A stretch of DNA of 64,000 nt, from positions 1,736,001-1,800,000 of the forward strand of contig OZ251235.1 of assembly GCA_965240325.2 (NCBI GenBank), given 5' to 3'. The notes under the pieces were generated by a model that searched no databases, had not been told where the DNA came from, and was given only the letters and a program-made list of their open reading frames with translations. Of the stretch, positions 11,866 through 25,008 are shown in pieces; the first letter of the stretch is position 1, and the number at the start of each line of letters is the position of its first letter. The DNA comes from Rebecca billardiae RCC1528 (Eukaryota > Protista > Haptophyta). A program made the translations under genes and the position numbers.

Positions 11866-12185
11866 GCTGGGGTGACGAGCTGCCGCGAGCCCGCCTGGCG
11901 GCTAGCGGGAGTTTTATCGAGTTTTGAGTTTTCTTCTTCCGCAGCTCGTGCACCCGGACCGACGTGGCTGTGCAGTGCCCTCTGGCAGTGGCGGACGAGT
12001 CCGAGTGGTGAGTGGTGAGCAGCACGACAGCTGAGCACTGCACTCGGCAGCCTGATCAACACGGCCACGCCGAATCCTGCTACCGCAGGTGACACCACAG
12101 TCCGGCATCGCGATGTGCGCGTCACACGAGCAGCCGCAGAGCCGCTCCGCGGATACCAGCTGACTCTGGTGTAACACTCGCAGGG

Positions 12186-12764
12186 TCAAAACATCATGCC
12201 GGGGGCCACGAGCACGCGCCACATGAGCAACAGCGCCAGCTGGACCGGGAGGTCGGGGAGCCCCATCAGCAGCTCGAGCGCTGGATCATTCGCGCCGCTC
12301 GCGCTCAGCGCCAGCACCTTGAGTGCGAGGCCGAGTGGCCCGCCGAGGGCGAACACTCGCACCACCGCTTTCGAGACGGTCCCGACATCCCGCTCGAGAG
12401 GCCGTTGGAAGATGTTGGCACCCTGCAGGAGCACGCCTGCCAAGACCCAGCCAAGGGCGCCTGACGCAGCGTCGTTGAATGAATGCGCAATGTCGACGAG
12501 GTCCTGCGTCGTGATGGTCGGGTTCGGGTCGAACTGCCCGTGTGTTGTGATCTCGACGGTGGCCTTCCCAAGCGCGTAGATCGCCAAGAGTGACGCGTCG
12601 CACTTGACGAGCTCGACGTCGACGCCATCGCCCAATCGCATGCGCGGACTGGCGCGAGCTCGTAAGCTCAGCCGTGGCGTCTGCACTTGGCGGGGTACGA
12701 CCGGCACAACTGCGACAGCGAGAAGGACCACATGCAGCAGCCGGCGGTCCAAAGACGCGCCCAT
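12186..12764 (-). CDS. Hypothetical membrane protein, probable plastid leader (DUF3054-like, tentative)
   Basis: ATG 12764 (MGASLDRR), hydrophobic signal and Arg-rich leader, several TM segments. Confidence 0.55.
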   Translation of the reverse strand: MGASLDRRLLHVVLLAVAVVPVVPRQVQTPRLSLRARASPRMRLGDGVDVELVKCDASLLAIYALGKATVEITTHGQFDPNPTITTQDLVDIAHSFNDAASGALGWVLAGVLLQGANIFQRPLERDVGTVSKAVVRVFALGGPLGLALKVLALSASGANDPALELLMGLPDLPVQLALLLMWRVLVAPGMMF

Positions 12765-14189
12765 CTTGCCGGTCCAAGACCAGGCGCGGTTGCTGATGGC
12801 GAAAATAATTATTGGCAAATTGCCGGCGGCGCCGCCTGCAATTTAAATATGGGTTGGCGCTGCGCGTCAACTTGGGCTGGAAACCTGTTTCTGAAACGCA
12901 CGATGGCACGCCGGGCCGGTGGCCCGAGCTCGGAATTCCGACGCTGCCAACGGCGCCACAGGGGCGCAGCGACGGGGCTGACGACGCGCGCAGGTGTGCA
13001 CGTCTGACCACGGAGTGCGCGCTGCAATGACCGGCCCGTCCGCAGCACCACGCCCCGCGCTGTGAGTGAGAGTGTGGCCCGCGCCCAAGCGAGAACGCGG
13101 GCCGGGCGGCACTCCGCCGACCTCGCCGGCCGCCGACCAGCCCGCGGCCGCCTGCTGCAGCTCGTGGAACACGCAGTCGCGCGCTCACGCGTGGAGGGCG
13201 GACCTGCGCGTATGCGCCCGCCGGGCTTGCCGCTTCATCCGCTGGCACCGCAGTGCAGGTCGAGCCCTCCGCCGCCCACCGAGCCGGCGCCACGCCTCGC
13301 GCTCGTGCTCGAGCTGAGGCGGCGCGTGTCGCCCGAGCCGGCGGGTTCGCGCGCGTGCGCGTGGTGGGCAGCCTCGCGCGTGCGCCCGCCGCGCGCCCCG
13401 CGTCGCTCGCTTGGCGCCGCACGCGAGCCGCTCGTCGCGCGACCGAACGAGACGTCAATCAAGGGCGACCCTTGGAATGGCGTGGGCTCTCCGCCTGTCG
13501 TCCTTCACGGGACGTCGTCGACGCGAGGCCGCGCGAGGTTGCTCCGATGCTCATAGTCCAATGCAAGATGATACCCGCGTGCCACTATCAGCGCGCCCTT
13601 TCGCTCGTGAATTGTCTAGCGAGAATGTGACGGTTCGTGCGAATGTGAAGTGTGAACTCGCGACACGACGAATGCGCCGATGCGATTCGCGCGAATGTGA
13701 GTACGCAAAGCGCCGAATGACGAGCGGTTTTTGACCGAACGACGAGCGGCTTTTGTCTGATCGAGCGCGCGTAAGCGGGTACGCGAATTCCGCATATGTG
13801 ACCCGGTGACAAACAAACAAACGCAGAGGGCGTCAAAAAAAGGCCTGCGACGGGCTGGTCCCCAGCGTGAAGTCGTGCCTTTGTTCTCGTGGGTTTCCAG
13901 TATTGTACCCGGTAGCTACCTCCCTGACTCATCCCGTATCTCTGACGCCTGCCCGTTGCATAGTGAACAGTTGCATACCACGTCGTTAGTATACCCCAAT
14001 CCCCAGGATATGGATTATGGGCACGGCAGTTGTTCTTTGATGCCAATCAATGTGCTGCGCAGCCTACTCTGCCTCGAGGCTGACAGACAGACTATGTGAT
14101 ACATCGGACTGAGACAGGCTACAATGTTAGGCGGAGGCGGCGACGGCCGCGGGCCCCAGGCGGCTGCCCTGCGCGGCTGCGCGCGACGA

Positions 14190-15032
14190 TCACTGGTAGG
14201 CGGGCGGCGGATCCTCACCCCCGCCGCGCCGCTCGTGCGGCGGTGGCCTGGGCGGCGCGCCCGGCTTGACGAGGTCGCCGTACTCCATCTTGTCGTACAG
14301 CGCCTTGAGGCCGAGCACGTAGAGAGCATGCAGCGGCGTGAAGATAGAGCCCTCGTAGAAGAAGGCGAGGGCGGCCAGGCCGAGCTGGGTGAAGCCGTAG
14401 CAGCGGAGCATCCCCACGTTGTACGTCGTGATCGCGATGATGCCGACGACGCCGATCACGAGCTCGATCAGGTTCCACACGAGTGCGATGGCGAGGACGG
14501 CGACCAGGGCGATGCGCTGGCCGGTCTCCACCTGCTCCTGCGTCGGGCCCACGTCCGGGCGCTGGCTTTCAAACTCCTCGCGCTGCGCGGCTGACGGACC
14601 GAACTCGTCCTCGGGCTGCGGGCGCGTGGGCGCCATCCCGCTCGAGACCACCTCGATGCCGACGATGGCACCGATGCAGACGGCGAGCTGCGCGAGTGTG
14701 AACAGGTACGTCCACGTGAGCACACCCGTGTACAGGCTGCAGCCGCAGCAGCCGAGCGGCGGGCAGAGCGTGCCGCAGTGCGCTGCGACGACGTTCGTGT
14801 CGAGCGCCTTGTTCGTCCCGCCCCCGCCGTTCACGCCGTAGTGCGACAAGGGGCGGTGGTTCTCCGTGAAGGTGCTGTCGATGAGCACGACATACTCGTT
14901 GGTCGGAGGCGCGCCGATCTCCTTGAGCACGCGCTGCTTGGCTTGCTCGACGGTCTCGGAGGGGTCGACGTCGATCGCGTAGTTCTCTCCGTGGCAGCAG
15001 CACCAGAGCGCCGCCCCCTTGAACTGCACCAT
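14190..15032 (-). CDS. Ubiquitin-like domain fused to multi-pass membrane region with C-terminal PPxY
   Basis: IDVDPSETVEQAKQRV..EIGAPP..RPLSHYGV aligns by eye with ubiquitin; then CCGCSLYTG, about 4 hydrophobic helices, and terminal PPPAYQ. Confidence 0.75.
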   Translation of the reverse strand: MVQFKGAALWCCCHGENYAIDVDPSETVEQAKQRVLKEIGAPPTNEYVVLIDSTFTENHRPLSHYGVNGGGGTNKALDTNVVAAHCGTLCPPLGCCGCSLYTGVLTWTYLFTLAQLAVCIGAIVGIEVVSSGMAPTRPQPEDEFGPSAAQREEFESQRPDVGPTQEQVETGQRIALVAVLAIALVWNLIELVIGVVGIIAITTYNVGMLRCYGFTQLGLAALAFFYEGSIFTPLHALYVLGLKALYDKMEYGDLVKPGAPPRPPPHERRGGGEDPPPAYQ

Positions 15033-15619
15033 CGTCGCGTCACGTCGATGGGCGGCGGACGAGCGCTTGATTGATAATGGCGGAGCCCAGCCCAGCAGGG
15101 CTCAAAAAACTCCGAATGACGACGACGGCTTCGGACGGCGGACGCTCAATCTCCAATATCATCAGTCAATCTCAATTCTCATATATCATGGAAATGATTG
15201 TGAGACCTCTCAGCAGCACTACGATTGAGTATTATTACTCAAGGCGTCGATGAGTGCTTTCGCTGGTATCAGATACTTGCGCCGCCGGGCAGCGTTCGCG
15301 ACGACTACGGTCAATGCGCGCGGCCAGTAGCCCAGTCCGTGCGGTTCGAAGGGTTCGAGCAGACGAGCAGCCTCAGACTGTGCGCGGCGCCACTGCTGCT
15401 TCATGAGTTATAGTGCACACGCGACAGACACGCATGCCTCTGCAGTGTGAGCATACTTGTCGGGCCCGTCCAGACTTCGGCCAGGCTGTCTCTGGCACGC
15501 GCCACTCGGCAGGCCGGGCGCGGGCGCTCACATGCCCGGATCCTGGCTGGTGCACACCCAGCCGCCCCTGCCGGCTCCCGGACTGCCTCGTGCCTCCTCC
15601 TCCGCCGAAGGCGGGCGGC

Positions 15620-17943
15620 TCAGGGCGGCTTGACGTACTGCATCAGGATCTGCATGCCGTGCTGCTCCCGGATCTGCCCCAGGCAGTGGCTGTTCTTGGC
15701 GAGGCGCGCGAGCGCGATGGCCGCGTTGCGCTGCAGCTGGCCCTTGCGGTGGTGCGCGATCGCTAGCAGGTACTGCACGAGCTGCGTGCGGGCGGGCGCG
15801 GGCGGTGGGGGCGGAGGGCGCGGGGCGGTGCGCGCGAGAGGGGGGCTCAGCACGGCGGCGCTGCTGGGGGGGCGCGCTCGGACCCCGCGGCGGCACTCCG
15901 CCCCACTCGCGCCCAGCTGGCGGCCCTCCGTCCCCCGAGCGCGCACGCACACGCACACACGCACACGCGCGCACACGCGCACACCTTGGGCTGAGCCGCC
16001 AGAACGGCCAGGCAGCGCTCGTCGCGCGCGAGCTCGCCGACGGCCAGCGCCGCATTGCCCTGCACGTGCGCCGCCGCGTGGGTGAGCAGCCTGGGAGCGG
16101 GCGGGGCGGAGCGGGCGGGCGGGCGTTGCGCGCGGCGTCAGACGCAACCCACTGACTGCGCGCCTCGGCCGCGCGCGGGCCGAGGCGCCGCCGCGTGCGC
16201 ACGCCACGCCGCGCCCGGGGCGCGAGACGCGAGCGGACGGATGGCGCGCGCGTGCGTGCGCAGCCGGCCCATCCATCGCGCGCGCGCACCCGGTGAGCGT
16301 GGGGATGGCGCCCTTGTCGCACAGCTCGGCCGCGTGCCGGGCGTCCGCGTGCAACATCAACGTGAGCAGCTTGAGTGCGGGGCCAACGGCATCCATGCCG
16401 GCTTCGGTCGCGTCCGCGTCGTCGTCGTCCGCCGCGCCGCCGCCCGCCGCCGCCGCCTCCTCCGCCGCCGCGGCCTCGTCGGTGACCTCCTCAAACCTCG
16501 GCGTTGCGGCCGGCGCGGCGAGGCCGCGCGCCGCCGCCGAGGCGCGCGGCGCGCCCGCGCCGCGCAAGCTCGCGTCGAGCAGACTGAGAGCGAGGCCGAG
16601 CGCGCCGCCGTCCGCGAGCGCGCCATGTACGCCCTCGCACCGAGCGCATTTGCCGAGCAGCGCGAGTAGGCGTGCGCCGATGTCCGTGTCCGCGGCGAGC
16701 TCGGGCCGCGCGAGCAGCGCGCACAGCGGGCCGGCGAGCGGCGCGCAGTGCGCCGACACCGCCTCCTCGTCCGTGCACAGGTTGTGCAGCGCCGCGGCCG
16801 AGTTGGCGACGAAGCAGATGCCAGTGGCGTCGAGGGCTCGCGCGCCGCTCGCCGATTCGCGCGCGGACGCGCGCGGCGCGGCGCGCAGCAGCCCCAGTGT
16901 CGCCGCGCTCACGGCGGCGGGGACGCCGAGCGCGCACAGCGCCGCGCGCAGCCGGCCGCTTGCGCTCAGGTTGCCCAGCGCCTGCACCGCGCTGTGCCGC
17001 CGCTCCGAGCGGCCGGCGCGCTCGTCGCGCGCGGCGCGCGCGAGCACGGCCAGTGCCTCGCAGCCGCCCGCCGCGCCCGGCGGCGCCTTTGTGTTCGTGG
17101 CCGCGGCGACGAGCAAGGCCTTGAACTTGGGCGAGGAGGAGAGGTTGGCGAGCAGGTGCACGGCGGAGGTGGCGAGCGCCGCGCGCGCGCCGCGCTCCGC
17201 CATCGCCGCCGCCGCCGCCGGCCCGCTCGGCAGCGCGATCTCGGCGCCGATCTCGATCTCGGCGCCAATCTGGGAGGCCTCTGCGGCGCCGTCGCCGTCG
17301 GCGGCGTCGGCGGCGTCGGCGGCGTCGGCGTCTGCGATCTCGGAGAGCGTGCGCAGCGCGGCGCGCGCGCCGATCGCGCCGACGAGCGCGTCGTGCAGCC
17401 GCTCGGTGGCCGCGCACAGCCGCAGCGCGTCGAGCCTCGCCTCGGCGAGCTGCGTCGCGCCGAAGCGCGCGGCGCACGCCTCCGCCGCCTCGCGCGCCGC
17501 CGGCGAGTCGGCGCGCTCGGTATCAGACGGCAGCGGCATCGGCGCGCGCAGCTCGGCCCACTGGCTGTTGAGCGCGAGGAGCAGCTTGTCCGCGCCGCCC
17601 TTGGCGAGGAGCTCGTGCTGCGCGCGCGGCGAGAGGCACGCGGCGACGAGCGCGCGCGCGCACGCCATGCCGAGCGCGCCGCCCTCGCCCAGGTGTGCGC
17701 ACAGCCAGCCAACCAGACCGCACTGGCGCGCGGTCGCGCGGTGCGCGTCAGCGCGCAGCAGCAGCGGGGTGAGCTCTCGCAGCACGTCGAGGGCGTGCGC
17801 GTCGGCCTGCGCGCGCGTCGGCGGCGCGTGCGTGGGCGGCTCCGCGTGTGCCGAGCCGCCGGCGTCGGGCGCGGCCGCCGGCGCCGCGCCGTCGGCGCCG
17901 CTCGCGCCGCCGTCACCGCCGCCGTCACCCGCCGCCGCTCCGC

Positions 17944-17977
<34 letters not shown>

Positions 17978-19254
17978 AGCGGTGATCGCCACCTTGCGCA
18001 TGCCTGACTCGGCCTTCGCCTCCGCCGTCCCGCCCGCGCCCGCCCCGCCCTTCCGCGCCGCGGCGCGCACGGGCGGCGGCGGCGGCGCGGCGGCGTGCAG
18101 CGCCTCGACGAGCGCGTGCACGCGCTGCACACTCGAGCGGTCAGCCGCGCCGGCCGCGTCGGCGGCGTCGGCGGCGCCGAGCGCCTTCGCCTCCTTCGCC
18201 TCCTCCGCGCGCTCGGCGTCGACCTGGCGCAGCAGCCGCTGGCACTCGGGCACGTCGCTCTCGCCCGCCGTGCGCAGCGCCGCGCGCACGTCCGCCTCCG
18301 CGTCACCGTGCCTGCCAAGCGCCGAGTAAGCGGCCGCGCGCCGCAGCCGCGCCTTGAGAACGAGCGGTGGCGCCGGCCGCGCCTCGAGGCAGTCGTCGAG
18401 GAACTCGGCGATCTCGAGCGCCTTGGAGCAGTCCTCCGCGGCGGAGAGGAAGTTGCCCACCTTCATGTGCGCCAGCGCGCGGTTCGTGTACAGCGCCTTC
18501 TCCGACTTGTCGAACTCGAGCGCCCGAGAGTAACAGCCAAGCGCCTCCGACGGCTGGCCGGCCGCGAGCGCCGCGTTCCCGCGCGCGCGCTCCGCGTCGG
18601 CGGCGGCGCGCGCGGCGGCGCGGCGCGCGGCGCGCTCCTCGACGTCCTTCGCCATCGCGTCGAACGCCGCCTGGTCCTGCACCTGCGGCTTCTGCCCGGA
18701 CTCGTGCGCCCAGAGGTCCTCGTCCGGATCCTCCTCGAACAGGTCCCAGCCGCGGAAGTCGGTCGCGCGCGACGGGTTGTCGCGGCGGTACTGCTCCCAG
18801 CGCTCGCGCCGGTTCTTGCGGTGGTAGTAGTCGCGCTTGAGCTCCTCGATCTTCTCGGCGTGCACCTCGCGCAGCGTCTCGCGCTCCTGCGCCTCCGCCT
18901 GCGCGAGCAGCCGCTCTTCAATCTTGGCGCGCCGCTTCGCCTGCCGCCGCGCGAGCTCGGCCTCCTCCTGCCGGCGCGTCTTCTCCACGGCCTCGTCGGC
19001 AAGGTTGGGGTCGATCGTGCCCTCCTTCAGCCCGGCGATCGTCTTGCTCACGTCCTCCACGCGCGAGATGAAGTCGGTGAACTCATCCTGCGCAGGCGCG
19101 AGGCGCGGAGCGCGCGTGCGCGCGCGCGCGAGCCGTCAGGCGCGAGCCGCACGGTGCTGCGCCGCGCGAGGCTGCTGCACGGCGTGCGTGCGCGCGCGCG
19201 GCGCGGCGCGGCGCACACCTCGTCAGCGCCCGCGAGGCCCAGGCCACCCGCCAT
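15620..19254 (-). CDS. TTC12: TPR + armadillo-repeat protein, TTC12-like
   Basis: Exons joined by GT-AG introns 19218-19088, 16289-16091 and 15984-15782. AKDVEERAARR..ERARGN precedes three TPRs (LYTNRALAHMKVGNF); C-terminal ARM repeats (QGNAALAV, QRNAAIALARLA). Confidence 0.8.
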
Positions 19255-19544
19255 GGCGCTCGTTGCACGCGCGTCGGTTGTGCACGGCCGGCTGCGCTCC
19301 GCAGCGGCAGCAGGCTGTAGATCTGGATCCGCTTGGCACTGAAGAACTGCGCGATGGCGTCCGGCTCGCTCGGCGGTTTACAGGAGTTCTAAAACCGTTA
19401 ACGGCCCAAGGCGGAGGCCACCCCGGCCGCCCGGCGCCGGGCTGCTTGGGCGCACGATGGTGTATGATAGATCTCTCGTGCTGGCGGCACACTGAGCCTT
19501 GGCCCCCGCTTGTGACGCCCAGCCGGCGCCCGAAAAGCGGCGCG

Positions 19545-22098
19545 ATGGCGACGGCCGGCACACCGGCCGACGATGACGAGTCCGAGCTCGAGGCGCAGGT
19601 CCTCCGCGACCTCGCCGCGCTGGGCGACGTGGACGTGGGAGAGGCCGACTCGGAATACGGCGCGGACGACGACGACGGCGCGCTCGCCTCGCCGCTCCCC
19701 GCCGCTGCGGCCGTGGCGGGCGCGGGCGACGGGGAGGGGCTCGAGAGGCTCGAGTCCATGTCACTGCTCCTCAAGAGCTTCGCGGACGCCGACGCCATGC
19801 GCCACACGTTCGGCTCGGAGCTGAGCGCGCTCGTCGCCTCGGTCGCAGACGTGCGCGCGAGCGCCGAGCCCCCCGCCGACGCCGACGCCGACGCCGACGC
19901 GGCTGCGCACGCGCCTGGCGCGGAGGTGGGCTGGGTTTCGGCCGAGGCGAGCGGCGCGGCGCACGCCCTCGAGCGCGCGCCCGCCGCCGACGCCGACGCC
20001 GACGCGGACGCGGACGCAGCTGCGGCCGCGGCTGCGGTGGCCAAGCTGGCACGGGCGCCCGCGGCCGCGCAGCTGCTCGAGGCGGCGCTGAGCGAGGCGG
20101 AGGCGGCCGCGCGCGCGCCGGGCGAGGCGGTGCCGCGCTGGGTCGAGCTGCACCGCGAGCGCGCCGCGCGCGACGCCGCCGAGCGCGCCGACGCGGCCGC
20201 GCGCGACGAAACAAGACGAGCCTCCGCCCAAGCGCTCGCCGCCGCCGAGCGCGCCGCCGCCGAGCGCGAGGCTCGTGCTGACGCGGACGCGGCGGCCGAG
20301 CTGGCGGCGGCCGAGGCGGAGCTGAGGGCGGCGGCTGCGCGGCGCGAGGCCCAGCTCGCCGAGGCGGAGGCGCGCGCGCGCGCCGCCGCGGACGCCATCG
20401 CCGCCGAGGCCGAGGCCGCGCGCGCGGAGGCGGAGGCGCAGCGCAAGGCGTGGGCGGAGGAGGATGAGGCGGCGCGCGCGCGCGAGGCGGCGCGCGCGGC
20501 GCGGCTCGACGCGGCGCGCGCCGAGCGCGAGGCGAAGGCGCGCGAGCTCGAGCGCGAGCGGCAGGCCAAGGCCGAGGCCGCCGAGCGCCGCCGCCGCGAG
20601 GAGGACGCCGCGCGCGCCGCCGCGCTCGCCGCCGCCCAGGCAGCGGAACGCGAGCGGCTCGAGCGCGCGGACGCGGCGGCGCGCGCGGCGCGGGAGGCGG
20701 AGGAGCGGCGCTTGGCGGCGGCGGCGGAGGCGGAGGCGGAGGCGGAGGCGGAGGCGGAGGCGGCGGAGGTGGCGGCCGTCGAGCGCGTCGCGCGCCGCGA
20801 GCGCACGCGCTGGGCGGCGGGCGGCGCCGGCGCGCGCGCCCGGCGCGCGCGCGCCGCCGCGTTCGTGTGTGCGGGGGCGGCGGGTGGCGCGGCGGCCGAG
20901 GCGGTGCGCGACGCCGGCGGCGGCGGCGGCGCCGACGCGCCGACCACGGCGGCGGCGCCGGCCACGGAGCCGCTGGACGGCCCGGCCGGCGCCGGCGGCG
21001 CTCTGCTCCCGCCCGAGCCCGCCGGCGCCGCCGACTCCGCCACGCGCGCCGCGTGCGCGCTGCTGTGGTGTCTAAGCGCGGGCGAGGGTGTGCTTGCCGC
21101 GTGCGCGCGCGTGGCCGCGGCGCACCGCGCGTGGGTGGCGCAGGCGGAGGCGGCCGCGGCGGCCGAGCGACGCGGCGGCGGCGCGGCGGTGGCCTCGGCG
21201 CGGACGCCGTCCGACGAGGCATCGCCCTTCGCGGCGGCCGCCGCTGTCAGTGCATCTGCGATGCCGGCGGCGGTGGCGGCGGAGGCGGTGGCGGCGGAGG
21301 CGGTGGCGGCGGAGGCGGTGGCGGCGGCGGAGGCGGAGGAGGAGGGCGAGGAGGGTCGGATGAGCGAGCAGCTGGTGGTCGAGCACGCGCAGCCGCGCGG
21401 CGCATCCGCCGCGTCCGCGCGCGCGCTCGAGCTCAACCTCGAAGGTCTGCGCAGCGCCGCGCTGCCGCGGCGGTGCGCCCGGCTCGTGAGCGTACGCCTC
21501 GGCGTGAACTCGATCGGCCCGAGTCTGAACGCCGACGACCTCGCGCCCGCGGCGGGCTGGCTGCGCGAGCTGAGCCTGCGGGACAACCGGCTCGCGGGGC
21601 CGCTGCCCGCCGCCGCGCTCGCGCGCGCGCCGCTGCTCGAGTCGCTCACGCTCGACATGAACAAACTAACGAACCTGAGCGGGCTCGGCGGCGCGTGCCC
21701 GCGCCTGCGACACTTTAGCGTGGCGAGTAATGAGCTGACGAGCGCGGAGGGTGTGGTGGGGTGCGTGGGCCTCACGTCGCTCAACCTGTACCGCAACAGG
21801 CTGCGCGGCCTCCCGCGCCTCGCGCCGCTCCGCGCCCTCCGCGCCCTCGACGTCGGGCGGAACGGCCTCGTCACGCTCGGCGGCGCGCTGCGCGGCTGCG
21901 CGCGGCTGAGTCAAGTTGTTCTCTACGAGAATTCTCTGGCGGGAGATCTCGATCTCGGCGCGGAGCTGGGCACCGCGCCGCTGTGCGAGGAGCTATGGCT
22001 CTCGGGGAACAGGCTCACGTCGCTCGGGCCCGCGCTGCTCGGCGCCGAAGCCGAGGGCGGCGCGGCCACGCAGCCGCAGACGCCGCCGCAGCAGACGC

Positions 22099-22137
<39 letters not shown>

Positions 22138-23979
22138 TCCGCACAGAATGGCTCGCCCTCCGGCTGCGAGCGCTCGATATCTCCGACAACGAGATCGCCG
22201 ATCTGGAGCCGCTGAGCGGCTGCCTCGCGCTGCGCTCGCTCAACGCCGCGTTCAACAGAGTCACACCCCTCGACGCGCTGGGCGCGCTCGCGCCGTGCCG
22301 CGCGCTGCGCACGCTAAGTCTCAATGACAACCCTGTCTGTGCGCACGGCGCTTACCGGCCGGTTCTGCTGCTGCTGCTGCCGCTGCTGGCGGAGCTTGAC
22401 GCGGACGCGCTGCCCGCGGGCGCGCGCGAGGCGGCGCGCGCGGAGGCGGCGAGCGAGCTGCTCGCCGCCGACTCGGCGCTGGCCGCGCGCGTCGCCGCGG
22501 CGAGCGCTGCGGTGGGCGGCGCGCGCATCGGCGCAGGCGGCGGCGGCGGCGGCGCGCGCGGCGGCGGCGGCGCGGGCGCGGGCGGCGCGCGCGCGCACGC
22601 CGACTGGGCGGCGGTGCAGGCGGCGGTGGCGGGCGCGCTGTACGCCGGCGCGGCCGAGGCCGACGCCGCCGACGCCGAGCCCGAGCCTCGCGCGCGCGAC
22701 GTGCGCCTCGCGCTGCGCCTGCTCGCGCTCAGCGAGCAGCAAAGCGCGGCAAGCGCCCACCTCGGCGCCGCCCACCGACGTGCGGTCAAGCGCGCGCGCG
22801 CGGACGCGCTCGCGTCGCTGCGCGTGGGCGCGGCGCACACGGCGGCGGCGCTCGCGCTGGCGGACGCGCACGCGGCCGAGCTCGCGCGCGCGGGCCAGCC
22901 GGGCGCGCGCGCCGCGCCGCACGACGCGGCCGGCTGGGCTGACGCGCTCGCCGCCGAGCGGCGCGCGGCGCGCGCGCTCACGCGCGCGCTCGGCCGCGCC
23001 GCCGCGCGGCTGCGCGCCGCGCGCGCCGCGCGCCGCGCCGCGGCGGCGGTGGCGGTGCAGGCGCGCGCGCGCGGCATGGCGGCGCGCGCGCTCACGCGCG
23101 CGCCGCTCGCCGCGCTCGCCGCGCACCGCCGCGAGCGCCAGCGCGCCGCCACGCGCGTGCAAGCCGCGTGGCGCGGCGCGCGGCTGCGCGCGCGCATGTC
23201 GGCAGCGCTCGCGCGCGCGCGCGCGCTGAGCGCTGCCGAGGCGGCGGCGGACGACTTCGACTACGAGCAGGAGGTGGAGATCGACGAGTCGTGGGCCGTG
23301 GCGAACCTCGGCCTCGGCGTCGACGCCGACGCCGCGCCGCCGCGCGCGCACGACGCCACCTCGCTGCTCCTGCGCACGCTGGACGGCCTCGGCGGCGCCG
23401 CACCGCACAGCCGCGGCGGCGCCGCACCGGACGGCCGCGGCGGCGCCGCACCGGACGGCCGCGGCGGCGCCGCGCCGCGCGTGCCGCCGACGCCACTCGA
23501 GGCTGCGACGGCGCGGCGCGGCGACCGCGGCGCGGCGGGCGCGCGCGCGCCCTCCTCGCCGTACAAGCCGTTAGGGATGAGCGTGGCGTCGGCGGCGGCG
23601 CAGCAGGCGCGCGCGCCGCTCGCGCCGCTGCGCAGCGCTCACGCCGCGCCGCCGCTCGACGCGTGGGACTCGCCCCCAAGCAGCGTGGACGGCGGCGGCG
23701 GCGGCGGCAGCGCGCTCGGCGGATGGGTGCCAGGCGCGCGGCAAGGCTGGGCGGAGGGCGGCGGCGAGGAGGAGGACGACGACGACGACGACGAGTCCTC
23801 GAGCAGCGCGCACGGATGGGGAGGCCCCGCGCCATCCCACGCCTCCGCCTCGCGCCACGCCGCCGCGCCGTCCCAGGCGCCGCCCCAGACAGTGTCTGGG
23901 ACGGACGCGCGCGTGCTCGCTGCGCTCCGCAAGAAACGGCTTCGGGACGCGAAATTAAAAAAGGCGGCGGTCGCAAGGG

Positions 23980-24014
<35 letters not shown>

Positions 24015-24500
24015 GGCAGCGGCGCGGCGCTCGCGCGCGCGCCACCCGGCGTCACCGGCGCGCCGCCGCCGCCCGGCCGAGCCCTCGCCCACGCGCCCAC
24101 GCCGAGCGCGGGCGCGGGCGCTGGCGCGCGGCCGTGGAGCGGCGACGCATCGCCGGCGGCGGGCGCCGCGCCCACGCCGCAGCTGCCGGCCCTGCCGCAC
24201 TCGGCGGGCTCGACGCCGCTGCGCCCGGTGCAGCCACCACCGCATACGCGGCAGCCGGACGCGCGCGCGCGCGCGCGCAGCCTCGCCTCGCTGCCGCTCG
24301 GCCGCGGCGCCGTCGGCGCCGACGTGGCGCCGCCGCCGCACGCGGAGCCGCGCCGAGGCATGCCCGCGTGGGCGGCGGCGCCGCCGCACGGCGGCGCCGC
24401 CGGCGCGGATGAGCCGGCGCGCCATTTCGAGAGCGCAGCCGCGACTCAGCCCGCGTCGGGCCGGGTCATGCGCGGGCTCGCGCGCGCACGCGGCAGCTGA
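19545..24500 (+). CDS. Leucine-rich repeat and IQ-motif protein (LRRIQ1-like)
   Basis: ATG 19545; coiled coil; about 10 LRRs (LSLRDNRL, LTLDMNKL, LNLYRNRL, LDISDNEI, LSLNDNPV); IQ motifs VQARARG and VQAAWRG. Confidence 0.85.
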
Positions 24501-25008
24501 GCGAGCGTCGCCGCCGGGCTACTAGTCGTCTAGGAACGCGGCAAAACAATCCGCCGCCAGCTGCTTGCGCTAATCAGCTGAACTGCCTAATGCGCTAGGC
24601 GCCGTCCGTAGTCGTCACGGAAACCAACCTTCTGAAAGTTCTTCAAGGGCGGCAAGCATCAGGGGTCCGTTCCGCAGAAACTCGCAAGGGCTGATCAAGA
24701 GCGGCTAAAGTATCATTGCAAGGCTCGTATCTGGGTGGAATCATTCAACCCGTGGGAGTCAACGCGGGGCCGCGACCCGCATTAGTCATTACAGTTTACA
24801 AAGAATAAGAGACGCACACAGCTTAGGCAGGCGAGATTAGTACGGCGGCCCTTGTGCCGCAATTGCCTCCGTTCCAACCGTGATCAGCTACAAGTACTCA
24901 CGAGGCGGACGAAACGGCTATCTCCCTCGTTCGGACACTTCGGTGAGACTTCTTTTCGACCGACGTCATCGCGCAGAGAAACGGCAACCCTCCGCCTGCC
25001 AGGCAGAC

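Noticed and set aside
12850-14100. Possible element with short repeats (GCGAATGTGA, GACGAGCGG)
   Set aside because: No TIR, TSD or ORF could be defined.
15264-15273. TGGTATCAGA resembling a tRNA-Met primer-binding site
   Set aside because: No adjacent LTR or retroelement ORF.
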